Assembly (NCBI RefSeq): GCF_963921235.1
Contig: NC_086108.1
Span: forward strand, 83,640,001 to 83,704,000
Reading direction: 5' to 3'
Length of the DNA stretch: 64,000 bases
DNA from: Mobula hypostoma
Taxonomy: Eukaryota
Shown here: in pieces, positions 38,883-51,591 of the stretch
Numbering within the stretch: position 1 is the stretch's first letter
Layout of the letters: each line of letters begins with the position of its first letter
The notes under the pieces: generated by a model
Databases searched by the model: none
What the model was told of the DNA's origin: nothing
Seen by the model: the letters and a program-made list of their open reading frames with translations, nothing else
Program-made: the position numbers and the translations under genes

Positions 38883-40039
38883 ACAAGAAAATTTCCAAGT
38901 CATGAAATATCCCTTAGAGTACAGTTAAGTCAATCATCAGGAAATGGAAAGAATATGGCACAGCAGGCCGTCCTCAAAAACGGAGTGACCGAGCAAGAAG
39001 GGGACTAGTGAGGGAGGCCACCAAGAGACCTACGGCAGCTCTGGAGGAGTCACAAGCTTCAGTGACTGAGGTGGGAGAGACTGTACATACAACAACTGTC
39101 GCCTGGGTGCCCCGCCAGTTTCAACTTTATGGGAGAATTGCAAAGAGAAAGCCACTGTTGAAAAAATAAACTCACATGAAATCTCAGCTAGAGTTTTCCA
39201 GAAGACCATAAGACATAGGAGCAGAGTTAGGCCATTTGGCCTATCGAGTCTGCTTTGCCATTCAATCATGGCTTATCCTTTCTTTTTCCTCCTCAACCCC
39301 ATTTCTCGGCTTTCTCCCCATAACCTTTGATGCCATGTCCAATCTAGAACCTATCAATCTCTGTCTTAAATGCGCCCAACAACCTGGTCTCCACAGCTGC
39401 ATGTGGTAACAAATTCCCAAAATTTGCTACCTTCTGGCTAAAGAAATCTCTCTGCATCTGTTTTGAATGGACACCCCTCTATCCTGAGGCTGTGTCCTCT
39501 TGTCCTAGACTCGCCCACCATGGGAAATATCCTTTCCAGATCCACTCCATCGAGGCCTTTCAACATTTGAAAGGTTTTAATGAGATTCCCCCCTCATCCT
39601 TCTAAACCCCAGTGAGTACAGACCCAGAGCCATCAAACATTCCTCATATGATAACCCTTTCATTCCTGGAATCATCCTTGTGAATCTCCTTTGGATCCTC
39701 TCCAATGCCAGCATATCTTTTCTAAGATGAGGGGCCCCAAAACTGTTGACAATACTTAAGGCCTCACCAGTGCCTTATAAAGCCTCAGCATCACATCCCT
39801 GCTCTTGTATTCTAGACCTCTTGAAATGAATGCTATCATTGCATTTGTCTTCCTCACCACTGACTCAACTTACAAGCTAACCTTTGGGTGTTCTACACAA
39901 GGAGTCCCAAGTCCCTTTGCATCTCAGATTTTTGGATTTTCTCCCCATTTAGAAAATAGTCCACACATTTATTTCTACTATCAAAGTGCATGACCATGCA
40001 TTTTATTTCATTATATTTCAACATTATATTTCATTTAAC

Positions 40040-40109
40040 CAAGACACAAAGTTGCTGGTGAACGCAGCAGGCCAGGCAGCATCTCTAGGAAGAGGTACAG
40101 TCGACGTTT
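40040..40109 (-). mobile_element. Penelope-derived tail fragment inside CR1
   Basis: Minus strand AAACGTCGACTG...GATGCTGCCTGGCCTGCTGCG. Confidence 0.72.
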
Positions 40110-40379
40110 AATTTGCCACTTTCTTGCCCATTCTCCTAATCTGTCCAAGTCCTTCTGCATCCTACCTGTTTCCTCAACACTACCTTCCCCTCCACCAATC
40201 TTTGTACCATTTGCAAACTTGGCAACAAAGCCACCTGTTTTATTATTTAAGTCCCACCTCCTGCCTGCTCTTCCTGATAATCTGACTGCATGCTATCTTT
40301 ACTTTTTTACCATCCATCTTATCCTGAGTCCCATCACTCCAGTTCCCAACCCCCCCTGCCAAATTAGTTTAAACCCTCC

Positions 40380-41255
40380 CCAACAGCGCTAACAAACCTG
40401 CTGGCGAGAATATTGGTCCCCCTTGGGTTCAGATGCAACCCGTCACTTTTGAACAGGTCATACCTCCCCCAGCAGAGATCACAATGATCCAAGAACCTGA
40501 AGCCTTGCCCCCTGCAGCAGCTTCTCAACCATGCATTTATCTGCTAAGTCATCCTGTTTCTACCCTTACTGACGTGTGGCACAGGCAGCAATCCAGAAAC
40601 TTCTCCCCGGGAAGTCCTGCTTCTCAGCTTTCTACCTAGCTCTGTAAATTCTCCTTTCAGGACCTCTTTGCTTTTCTTTCCTATGTCGTTGGTACCAATA
40701 TGTACCAAGACATCTGGCTGCTCTCCCGCCCTCTCCAAAATGTAGTGAACGCAATATGAGACATCCCTGACCCTGGCACCTGGGAGGCAATGTACCATCC
40801 GGGTGTCCCGTTCACTTCCACAGAATCTCCTGTCTGTTCCTCTGACTATTGAGTCTCCTATCAGTACCGCTCCCCTCTTCTCCCCCTTTACCTTTTGCAT
40901 CACGGACCCATGCTCACTGACAGTAACCTGGTATCCCTGGCATTTCCCCAGGAGGCCATCCCCCACAAAAGTATCCAAAGCAGTATACTTATTTATGAGG
41001 GGAATCTTTACTTTTCCATTCCTCCTGACAGTCACCCAGCTACTTGCCTCCTGCAACTTCAGGGTTGACTACGAAATTATCTCCTCACTCTCCCGCACAA
41101 GCTGAGGGTCATCCAGCTACTGCTCCAGATCCCCAACATGGTCTTCAAGGAGCTGCAGCCAGATGTATTTCATGCAGATGTAGTTCCCTGGGAGACGCTG
41201 GGTCTCCCAGGACTCCAGCATCTGGCATAAAGAACACACAGCAGCCACTTACCAT
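40380..41255 (-). pseudogene. CR1 ORF1 (zinc finger/leucine zipper + SGNH esterase)
   Basis: VLIGDSIVR, CLPGARVRDV, VHIGTNDI in ORF 40544-41056. Confidence 0.85.
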
Positions 41256-42977
41256 ACCAGGTATAGTAACAGAAAAACAAAAAGGAAACCTTAATGGGAA
41301 CTTACCCAGAGCCAATGCCTCCTCCGAGCCGAAGCCTCCTTTGAACCAAAGCCCGGCGCTTCTCCTCGCGCTACTGGCCTACTCCAGCAAATAGCTGTCA
41401 CACTTGTCCCTCCTGTACTTTTATTTAGTCTGCCGCTGATAGGGCCTCTGCAATGGCCAAACACCCACGAAGCTCTCTTTTTAAACAAGTGTCGCCGACC
41501 TGCAGGAAACCTCCTTGCAGTGTTTTGCTCCCACTGCAGAAATGGCCTCTGCAATGGCCAAACACCTGCGAAGCTCTCTTTTTAAACAGAAGACATGTTG
41601 GAGACTCTGAAGTCAGCTGGAAGAAGGTTTTATGGTCTGATGAAACCCAAACTGAGCTTTTTGGCCATCAGACTAAACACTATGCTTGGCATATCATCAC
41701 AAACACACCACCCTTACCATGAAGCATGGTGGTGGCTGCATCATGCTGTGGGGATGCCTCACTGCAGCAGGCCCTAGAAGGCTTGTAAAGGTAGAGGGTA
41801 AAATGAATGCAGCAAAATACAGGGAAATCCTGGAGGAAAACCTGATGCAGTCTACAAATTGACTGCGACTTGGGAGAAGATTTGTTTTCCAGCAAGACAA
41901 TGACCTCAAGCATAAACCAAAGCTACACTGGAAGCGTTTAATAACAACATAGTTAATGTCCTGGAAGTGGACAAGTCAGAGTCTAGACCTCAATCCAATT
42001 GAGAATTTGCGGCTGGACTTGAAAAAGGCTGTTTGCTCATGATCCCCATGCAATCTAACAGAGCTTGAGCAGTTTTGTAAAGATGAATGCAGAAAAATTG
42101 CAGTGTCCAGATATGCAAAGGTGATAGACACCTATCCACACAGACTCAAGGCTGTGATTGCTGCCAAAGATGCATCAACTAAACACTTATTTGAAAGTGG
42201 TGAATACTTATGCAATTAATTATTTTGTATTTCATATTTGTAATTAATTTAGATTGCTTTGTAGATATCTGTTTTCACTCTAACATGAATCTTTTTCTGT
42301 TGATCAGTGTCAAAAAAAGCCAAATTAAATCCACTGTGATTCAATGTTGTAAAGCAATAAAACATGAAAACTTCCATGGGAGTGACTACTTTTTATGGGC
42401 ACTGTATATGTATGTATATATATTTAAAAAGTTAAATTAATTAAGTAGTGGAAAAAGAGGGAAAAAAAGTAGTGAGGTAGTATTCATGGGTTCAATGTCT
42501 ATTCAGAAATCTGACGGTAAAGGGGAAAAAGCTATTTCTGAATCACTGAGTGTGTGCCTTTAGGCTCCTGTACCTCTTCCGTGGTAGCAATGAGAAGAGG
42601 GCATGTCCTGGGTGATGGGAGTCCTTAATGATGAATGCTGCTGTTTCCTTGAAGAAGTCCTGGATGCTTGCGAGGCTAGTGCCCATGAGGGAGTTGACCG
42701 AGTTCACAATTTTCTCCAGCTTATTTTGATCCTGTGCAATGCTTCCCCCAAAACTGCCCCCAGCCCCGCGACATCAGATGGTGATGCAGTCAGTTAGAAT
42801 GCTCTACATAGTATATCTGTAGAAATTTGTGACTGTCTTTGGTGACAGAAAAAATGTCCTCAAATTCCTAATGGAATAATGGAATATAGCCACTATAGTG
42901 CCTTCTTTGTAACTGCATCCTATGCCAGGCCCAGGATAGATTCTTAGAGATGTTGAATTTGCTCACCTTTTCCACTT

Positions 42978-45900
42978 ATAAACATAGAAAACCTACAGCA
43001 CAATACAGGCCCTTCAGCCCACAATGCTGTGCTGAACATGTACTTACTTCAGAAATTACCTCAGGTTACCCATAGCCCTCTATTTTTCTGAGCTCCATGT
43101 ACTTGTCCAGGAGTCTCTTAAAAAACCCTGTTGTATTTGTCTCCACCACCATTGCCTGCAGCCCATTCCACGCACTCACCACTCTTTGCGTAAAAAACTT
43201 ACCCCTGACATCTTCTTTGTACCGACATCCAAGCACCTCAAAACTCTGCCCTCTCCTGTTAGCCATTTCAGCCCGAGGAAAAAGCCTCTGACTATCCACA
43301 TGATCAATGCCTCTCATCATCTTATACACCTTGATCAGGTCACCTCTCATCCTCCGTCGCTCCAAGGAGAAAAGCCCAAGTTCACGCAACCTATTCTCAT
43401 AAGGCATGCTCCCCAATCCAGGCAACATCCTTGTATATCTCCTCTGCACCCTTTTGATAGTTTCTACATCCTTCCTGTAGTGAGGTGACCAGAACTGAGC
43501 ACAGTACCCCAAGTGGGGTCTGACCAGGGTCCTATATAGCAGTAACATTACCTCTCAGCTTTTGAACTCAATCCCAAGGTTGATGAAGGCCAATACACCA
43601 TATACCTTCTTAACCACAAAGTCAACCTGCGCAGCAGCTTTGAGTGTCCTATGGACTCAAACTCCAAGATTCCTCTGATCCTCCACACTAACAAGAGTCT
43701 TGCCATTAATACTATATTCTGCCATCATATTTGACCTGCCCAAATGAAACACCTCACACTTATCTGGGTTGAATTCGAACTGCCACTTCTCAGCCCAGTT
43801 TTGCATCCTATCGGTGTCCCACTGTAACCTCTGACAGTCCTCCACACTGTCTACAACACCCCCAACCTTTGCGTCATCAGCAAATTTACTAACCCATCCC
43901 TCCAGTTCCTCATCCAGGTCACTTATAAAAATCACGAAGAGAAGGGGTCCCAGAACAGATCCCTGAGGCACACTACTGGTCACCAAACTGCATGCAGAAT
44001 ATGACCCATCTACAACCACTCTTTGCCTTCTGTGTGGAAGCCAGTTCTGGATCCACAGAGCAATGTCCCCTAGGATCCCATGCCTCCTTACTTTCTCAAT
44101 AAGTCTTGCATGGGGTACCTTATCAAATGCCTTGCTGAAATCCATATACACTACATCTACTGCTCTACCTTCATCAATGTGTTTAGTCACATCCTCAAAA
44201 AATTCAATCAGGCTCGTAAGGCATGACCTGCCTTTGACAAAGCCATGCTGACTATTCTTAATCATATTATGCCTCTCCAAATGTTCATAGGTCCTGCCTC
44301 TCAGGATCTTTTCCATCAACTTACCATCCACTGAAGTAAGACTCGCTGATCTATAATTTCCTGGACTATCTCTATCCCCTTTCTTGAACAAGGGAACAAT
44401 ATCTGCAACCCTCCAATCCTTTGGAACCTCTTCCGTCCGCATTGATGATGCAAAGATCATTGCCAAAGGCTCAGCAATCTCCTCCCTCAACTCCCACAGT
44501 AGTCTGGGATATATCTCATCCCGTTCTGGTGACTTATCCAACTTGATGCTTTCCAAAAGCTCCAGTACATCCTCTTTCATAATGTCTATATGCTCAAGCT
44601 TTTCTGTCCGCTGTAAGTCATCCCCACAATCACCAAGGTCCCTTTCTGTAGTGAATACTGAAGCAAAGTATTCATTAAGTACCTCTGCTACCTCCTTCGG
44701 TTCCATACACACATTTCCACTGTCACACTTGATTGCTCCTATTTGCTCACATCTTATCCTCTTGCTCTTCACATACTTATAGAATGCCTTGAGGTTTTCT
44801 TTAATCCTGTTTGCCAAGGCCTTCTCATGACCCTTTCTGGCACTCCTAATTTCATTCTTAAGCTCCTTCCTGCTAGCCTTATAATTTTCTAGATCTCTAT
44901 CATTACCTAATTTTTTGAACATTTCGTAAGCATTTCTTTTCTTCTTGATTAGATTTTCAATTGCCTTTGTACACCACGGTTCCTGTACTCTACTATCCTT
45001 TCCGTCTCATTGGAACATACCTGTGCAAAACGCCCTGCAAATATCCCCTGAACATTTGCCACATTTCTGCTGTACATTTCCCTGAGAATATCTGTTCCCA
45101 ATTTATTCTTCCAAGTTCTTGCCTAATAGCTTCATATTTCCCCTTACTCCAATTAAACACTTTCCTAACTTGTCTGTTCCTATCCCTCTCCAATGCTATG
45201 GCAAAGGAGATAGAATTGTGATCACTATCTCCAAAATGCTCTCCCACTGAGAGACCTGACACCTGACCAGGTTCATTTTCCAATATCAGATCAAGTACAG
45301 CCTCTCCTCTTGTAGGCTTATCTACAGACTGTGTCAAGAAATCTTCCTGAACACACCTAATCATCTCCACCCCATTTAAACTCCTCGCTCTAGGGAGATG
45401 GCACTCAATACTGGGGAAATTAAAATCCCCCAACAGGACAACTCTGTTATTACCGCACTTGTTCTAGAATCTGTCTCCCTATCTGCTCCTTGATGTCCCT
45501 GTTACGATTGGGTGGTCTATAAAAAACACCCAGTAGAGTTATTGATCCCTTCCTATTTCTAACTTCTACCCACAGAGACTTAGTAGATAATCCCTCCATG
45601 ACCTCCTCCTCCTTTTCTGTAGCCATAACACTATCTTTGATCAGCAGTGCCACATCCCCATCTCTTCTGCCTCCCTCCCTGTCCTTTCTGAAAGATCTAA
45701 AGCCTGGCACTCTAAGTAGCCAATCCTGCCCCTGAGCCATCCAAGTCTCTGTAATGACCACAACGTCACAGCTCCAAATACAGATCCACACTTTGCTCAT
45801 GACGCTTCATGCATTAAAATAGACACATCTCAAACTACCAGTCTGGGCGCATCCCTTCTCTATCACCTGCCTATACTCCCTCTCACACTGCCTACAAGCT

Positions 45901-47167
45901 TTCTCTATTTGTGAGCTAACTGCCCCTTCCTCTGTCTCTTCAGTTCAGTTCCCACACCCCAGCAATTCTAGTTTAAACTCTCTCCACTAGCCTTAGCAAA
46001 CCTCCTTGCCAGAATATTGGTCCCCTTCAGGATTAAGTGCAACCCATCCTTTTTGTACAGGTCACACTTGCCCCAAAAGAGATCCCAATGATCCAGAAAT
46101 CTGAATCCCTGCCCCCCGCTTCAATCCCTCAGCCACGCATTTATCCTCCACCTCACTCTATTCCTATACTCACTGTCGTGTGGCATAGGCAATAATCCTG
46201 AGATTACTACCTTTTGGAGTCCTGATTCTCAGCTTCTTTCCTAAATCCCTGTAGTCTGTTTTCAGGACTTCCTCTCTTTTTCTACCTATGTCGTTGGTAC
46301 CAATTTGTGCCACGGCTTCTGGCTATTCACCTTCCAACTTTAGGATATCATGGACGCAATCAGAAACATCCCAGACCTTGGCACCCGGGAGGCAAACTAC
46401 CAACTGTCTTTCTTTCCTGCGTCCACAGAATCGCCTGTCTGCCCTCTGTCACTGAGTCCTCTATCACTGCTGCCATTCTCTTCCTTTCCCTACCCTTCTG
46501 AGCCATAGGGCCAGAGTCTGTGCCAGAGGCACGGCCACTGTTGCTTCCCCCAGGTAGGTTCCCTCCCTCCCACCAACAATACTCAAACAGGAGTACTTAT
46601 TCTTAAGGGGGACAGCCAAGGGTACTCTCTAGTGTCTAATTCTTACCTTTCCCTCTCCTGACTGATAACCACTTATCTGTCTCCCGAGGCCCCCGTGTGA
46701 CTACTTGCCTATAGCTCCTCTCTATCAGCTCCTCACTTTCCCTGACCAGGCGAAGGTTATTGAGCTGCATCTCCAGTTCCCTAACCTGGTCCCTAAGGAG
46801 CTGCAGCTCGAGGCACCTAGCGCAGATGTGGCCGTCCGGGAGGCTGGGAGTCTCCCAGACATCCCAAATCTGACACCCAGTACAGAACACCTGCCTCACA
46901 GACGTACTTCCTGTTTCTATTCTACACAAGTTACTTACCTCACTTCGATCTGTTATTGCCGAAGACCTGTTGAGTAAAAGCCCTCTTACTCCGACTCCCT
47001 CTACTCTGCCACCCACTCTATAAAGCTGTCTTCGTTTTAAATTCTTTCCGCCAGTCAAACTTGCTGACATCAATGCACTTGTGCACTCGTGCCTCGATCA
47101 AAGCACTGAAGTAAAAACTTTTCTCCTTTTCAATCCTTCCAGCCGGTCTAACTCACTGGCGTCCAAG
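42978..47167 (-). mobile_element. Near full-length CR1 (4.2 kb)
   Basis: ORF1 CTGC..CARC plus zipper and esterase; APE domain (ITETW, YRPP, GDFN, SDH); 421-aa RT ORF 43657-44922; tail; CACTT on both flanks. Confidence 0.95.
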
Positions 47168-50100
47168 CACTTCTGATCCCTTAAAGAGGACTGGTGTGTG
47201 TTTCCTCATCTTACTTTATCTGAAGTCCACAGTCAATTCCTTGGTCTTACTGACATGCGTGCGAGGTTATTGCTGCAACACAACTCAAGTACGTGATCTT
47301 TCCCACTCCTGTACACCTCATCACTATCTGAAATTCTGCAGTGATAGTTGTGTCATCAGAGAATTCATAAACAGCGTTTGAGCTGTGCCTCGCCTCACAG
47401 TCATGGACGTAGACAGCGTGGAACAGTAGGCTAAGCACACATCCCTGTGGTGCGCTAGTGTTGATTATCAATGAGGTGGAGATGTTAATTTCCAGCTATG
47501 GTGTTCCAGTGAGGAAATTGAGGATCCAGTTACAGAGGGAGGTACAGAGGCCCAGGTTTTGGAGCTTTTTGATCAGATCTGTAGGAATGATTGTGTTAAA
47601 CGATGAGCTGTAGTCACTAAACTGCACTCTGACATAAGTATTAGTATTGCCCAGATGATCCAAGGCTGCATGAGGAACCAATGAGGTTGTATCTGCTGTA
47701 GACCTATTGCGACGACAGGCAAATTGTAGTGGGTCCCGGTTCTTGCTTAGGAAGGAGTTGATTCTAGCCATGACCAACCTCTCAAAGCACTTCATCATTG
47801 TAGATGTGAGAGCTACTGGGTGACTGGGTGATAGTTGTTGAAGCAGCTCACTCTGCTCTTCTTGGGCACTGGTATAATTGTTGCCCTTTTGAAGGCAGGT
47901 GGAAATTCTGACTGCAGCAGTGTGAGATTGAAAATGTCTCTGAGCACTCCCACCAGTTGGTTGGCACAGGTTTTCAGAGCCTTACCAGGTACGCCATCGG
48001 GGCCTGTTGCCTTGCAATGATTCGACCTGTTGAAAGATGTTCTGACAGGAATCACAGGGTCACTGGATGCTGCAGGGATCCACATAGCTGTTGTTTAATT
48101 CTCCCTTGCAAAGTGAGCATAAAAGGTGTTGAGCTCATCTGGCAATGAAATATCACTGCCAGACATGACGTTGGGTTTCTCTTTATAGGTAGCAATGGTC
48201 TGAAAAGCCTGCCAGAGTTGATGTGCATCTGATTCCATCTATAAATTCAATCTGAATTGTTATTTTCCCTCTTGAGATAGTCCTCCATACTTTGTACCTG
48301 GCCTTCTTTTGTAGTCCTGGGTCTTCAGACTTTAATGCCGCAGATCTAGTCCTCAGCAGACTACGAATCTCCTGGTTCATCCCCGGCTTTTGATTTGTGT
48401 ATTTATGGTATGTTCTCGTAAGCACACACTCATCCGCACGGGTTTAATGAAGTCAGTGACAACTGTGGCATATTCATTCAGACTTGAAAATGAAATGAAT
48501 ACTGTGTCCGTGGACTGGGCAAAGCAGTACCGTAAGCATTTCTCCTCCTCCCTTGTCTGTATCTTCTTGAAGACCAGCATTCGTGCTGATCTTAAACTTA
48601 TCTCTAAATTGCAGGCACCCAGCTCACTACTTTGCACTTCATCAAAGGTCAGGGAATAACTTCATTCACTATATACATTCACATGTCTTAGGAATCTGCT
48701 ATTGTGTGTTGGTGTGACATGCAACAAAAGACAGCATTCAACAATTATAAAGAATAAAGGATTAAGTAAAAATAAAGGTAGAAGTTAAAGCATGGATATG
48801 GAATAGAATGTGCATAAATACATGAATACCAGATGTATTAACAATGTAAACAGCATTATAAAGTGTCATTTAAAGTGTTAACAGTGTAGTGGATTGACAG
48901 GGGTAATAGATAAAGGTGGGGGGGGGGCGGGGTAGCATGAGGCTAACTAGAATGGCTGATTAGATAATCTTCCTGGGGGAAAATGGCATGATGAGATGTA
49001 GTTTTCACTTTAATAGCCCTTATCTGCTCCTCCCTGGATTTACTTGAGAAGTTGCACCTGACAATATGCATATTTCAATGCAACTATGCCAATTTCCACT
49101 GGAAGCCGTGACCTTCAGGAAAATGCACTGATCACCCCTTGACATCAGATCACCTTAGCATTAGTGTCATTTCCACTGCATCATTCGCCCCCTGTGATGA
49201 CATCATCAGTGTGCCCAGCATTCATTCCCAGATCAACAACTAAAGTAGGTGCAAAAATATTTATAGTCTACATAATTTACTCAGCATGCATCAAGTACAC
49301 AAACCCAGTACTAAATCATCAAACGTGCATGACTTAACATATTTCTGTTAGAATGTCAATATTTTACTTCCTCTTTGTACTTGCTTCGTTGATTATGGAG
49401 TTGCGTATGTATAGTATTTGTGTGTGTTTGATCACCAGAAACAGATTTTAATTCAGTGTGTCAAATGTAATTAACTTTACAAGAGATTACATTTCGTGAC
49501 AAATATTGTAGAGTGTTCTTGTTGCTTACAGAATTGTTAATTTCATGTTGAGGATGCTAACTGTGATCTAAAGATGCATTATAAATCCTTTTTTCATCAA
49601 CATTCCAAACCCTAAAACCTAGCTCAACTCCACTGTACTCTTACCTTGAAATCTGCCTTCTTCCCTTTTGTCTTGTACACCCCCTGTGATTCTCCCTCAC
49701 CCTCCATCTTGTTCTGCTCCATTCCTCTTCATGCCTCCCTGCCTGCCCTGCTCCATACCTTCAGTTCCTCCCCTCTCTCCCCCTCACCTCCCTTCATTTC
49801 CTCCTTTCCTTTAAATGTCTGACAGCCATGAAAGCCACACTGAATTCCATTCATATGGGAAATATATCAATTATCAAAGGGCCAGAAACATAAAATAATT
49901 TGTTTACTCGGGAAAGAGCAATTAAGGATTGAAGAGCTGTTTTGTTTACAGTAAACAGCACAATGCTGGCTGCTTTTATGGAAATGGATATTGTGCTTTA
50001 TGCTGACAATTAATGTAATAGCAAAATTAAGCTAGCAAAGGCACACTTTTACACTCCATAGATATTTTGCTGGGATTCCAGATGGTGTTTATCAGTTAAT

Positions 50101-50343
50101 CTGTTTTAGCACACTGAAACTATTGAAAGGAATAAAAATATTCCCTTTAAGTCTAACCTACTTTGCATCTTAACTGGCAATGAAGAGATTCCTTTTTAGA
50201 TTTGAAAGTTTTTTTAACTTCTCAGGTCGACTAATCACTCTGAGCCTGTACAAAGTTTTCATTTTAATTCAGGAACAAGATGACACATAAGTACTCACAA
50301 GGTGATTGTATTGACAGAGTGGGGTTGTCAGTGTAGTTCTACA

Positions 50344-50970
50344 TTTAGATTAGATTATGAGGACACACAGTCCTCTTTTATTGTCATTTAGTAATGCATG
50401 CATTAAGAAATGATACAATATTCCTCCAGTGTGATATCACAGAAACACAGGACAGACCAAGACCGAAAAACTAACAAAAACCACATAGTTATAACATACA
50501 GTTACAATGGTGCAACAATACCATAACTTGATGAAGAACAGGCCATGGGCACAGTAAAAAAGTTCAAAGTTTCTCGAAAGTCCCACATCTCACGCAGACA
50601 GGAAAAAGAAGAAAACTCTCCCTGCCGTGCCCGACCACAGTCCGACTCTGAGTTGTCCGAAAACTTCGAACTCTGATCAGCCCTCCGACACCGAGTACCG
50701 AGAACCACCTCTGCCGAACGCTTCGACCCCAGCCTTGGTCGCCAGCAGCAGGCAAAGCCGGGGATCTTGGGGCCTTCCCTCTGGAGATTCTCAATTGTGC
50801 AGTAGCAATGGCAGCGAACCGAGCATTTCAGAAATTTCTCCAGATGTTCCTCTGTGCTTCTCACGTCTGTCTCCATCAAATCAGAATTGTGCACGGCGTC
50901 CTACTTACAAATACGATATCATTTCACCAGAGAGCTACGTGCGCTGCATCGCGCTGCCATCTTCTCCTCC
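50344..50970 (-). mobile_element. Young CpG-rich non-autonomous retroposon
   Basis: Minus strand starts GGAGGAGAAGATGGCAGCGCG and ends AATAAAAG...(TCTAA)n; no RT motifs. Confidence 0.65.
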
Positions 50971-51591
50971 TGCCTAACAAAATGCTTGATTTGTGAGTCA
51001 ACATTTTTGGCTATGACATAATGCTTATGTCAGAGGGGACCCAGGGGGCCCTTTATACACTGGAAAATATCTAGCTGTATTGAGTTACTGCTTTCTATAA
51101 GACCTCATGAGACGGTTGTTATTGGTATAACACTCCATTCTTAAGTGACTCATTCCTGATACCTTGAGAATGGAGGGGTAAGCTTGGATGATGGGATCTG
51201 AAAGGTTGTGCTGTACTTGTCAGAAGATGAGAGATTGTCTCTCAGGCTTAAACTGATGTGCTGAAAACAACACCATGAGCAGCAAAATCAAATTTTTTAT
51301 TTTAATGTTATTCAAAGGTACCACAGTCTCACCCAGAAAAAGTTTGCAGCCATACAAATTAGAGGCTGAAGTTGATCATTTGGCTCCTCAAGCCTTCTCT
51401 ATCATTAAATTACTGATGTAATTCTATCCTCTTGTCATTGCCACCTACTCTCTAATCTGTCACTTCTGTGCTTATTGAGCTTTAAAAATATTAAATAAAG
51501 CTAATCCACCATCTTTTATTTCTCATGCAGAAATGGAAGGCAAATGCATCTGAGCACGACTGTGTCAGGGATAATGGGGGCTGAGTGAACC

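Larger units (their letters stand above)
39207..41586 (-). mobile_element. Internally deleted CR1 (5' UTR + ORF1 + RT 3' end)
   Basis: CAGAAGAC TSD at 39199-39206 and 41587-41594; ORF1 region joined near 40245 to VAKFA..TK of RT. Confidence 0.88.
38489..42404 (+). mobile_element. Second Tc1 IR/DR copy, deleted and interrupted
   Basis: TA-CAATGTCTATAAGAAGTATT ... ACTTTTTATGGGCACTG-TA; transposase KKVLWSDET, FQQDND, DLNPIENL; same family as 16761-19893. Confidence 0.92.
38372..48600 (-). mobile_element. Rex1/Babar LINE in three pieces (38372-38488, 42405-42977, 47168-~48600)
   Basis: (ATTCTG)n tail; KATGPDGVPG, IIPVPKK, MKCFERLV, DPLQFA, APQGCVLS; sequence rejoins across the Tc1 and CR1 insertions. 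Confidence 0.85.

Noticed and set aside
40544..41056. Host GDSL/SGNH lipase gene
   Set aside because: It is CR1 ORF1 inside a TSD-bounded element, with a homologue at ~46000-46900.
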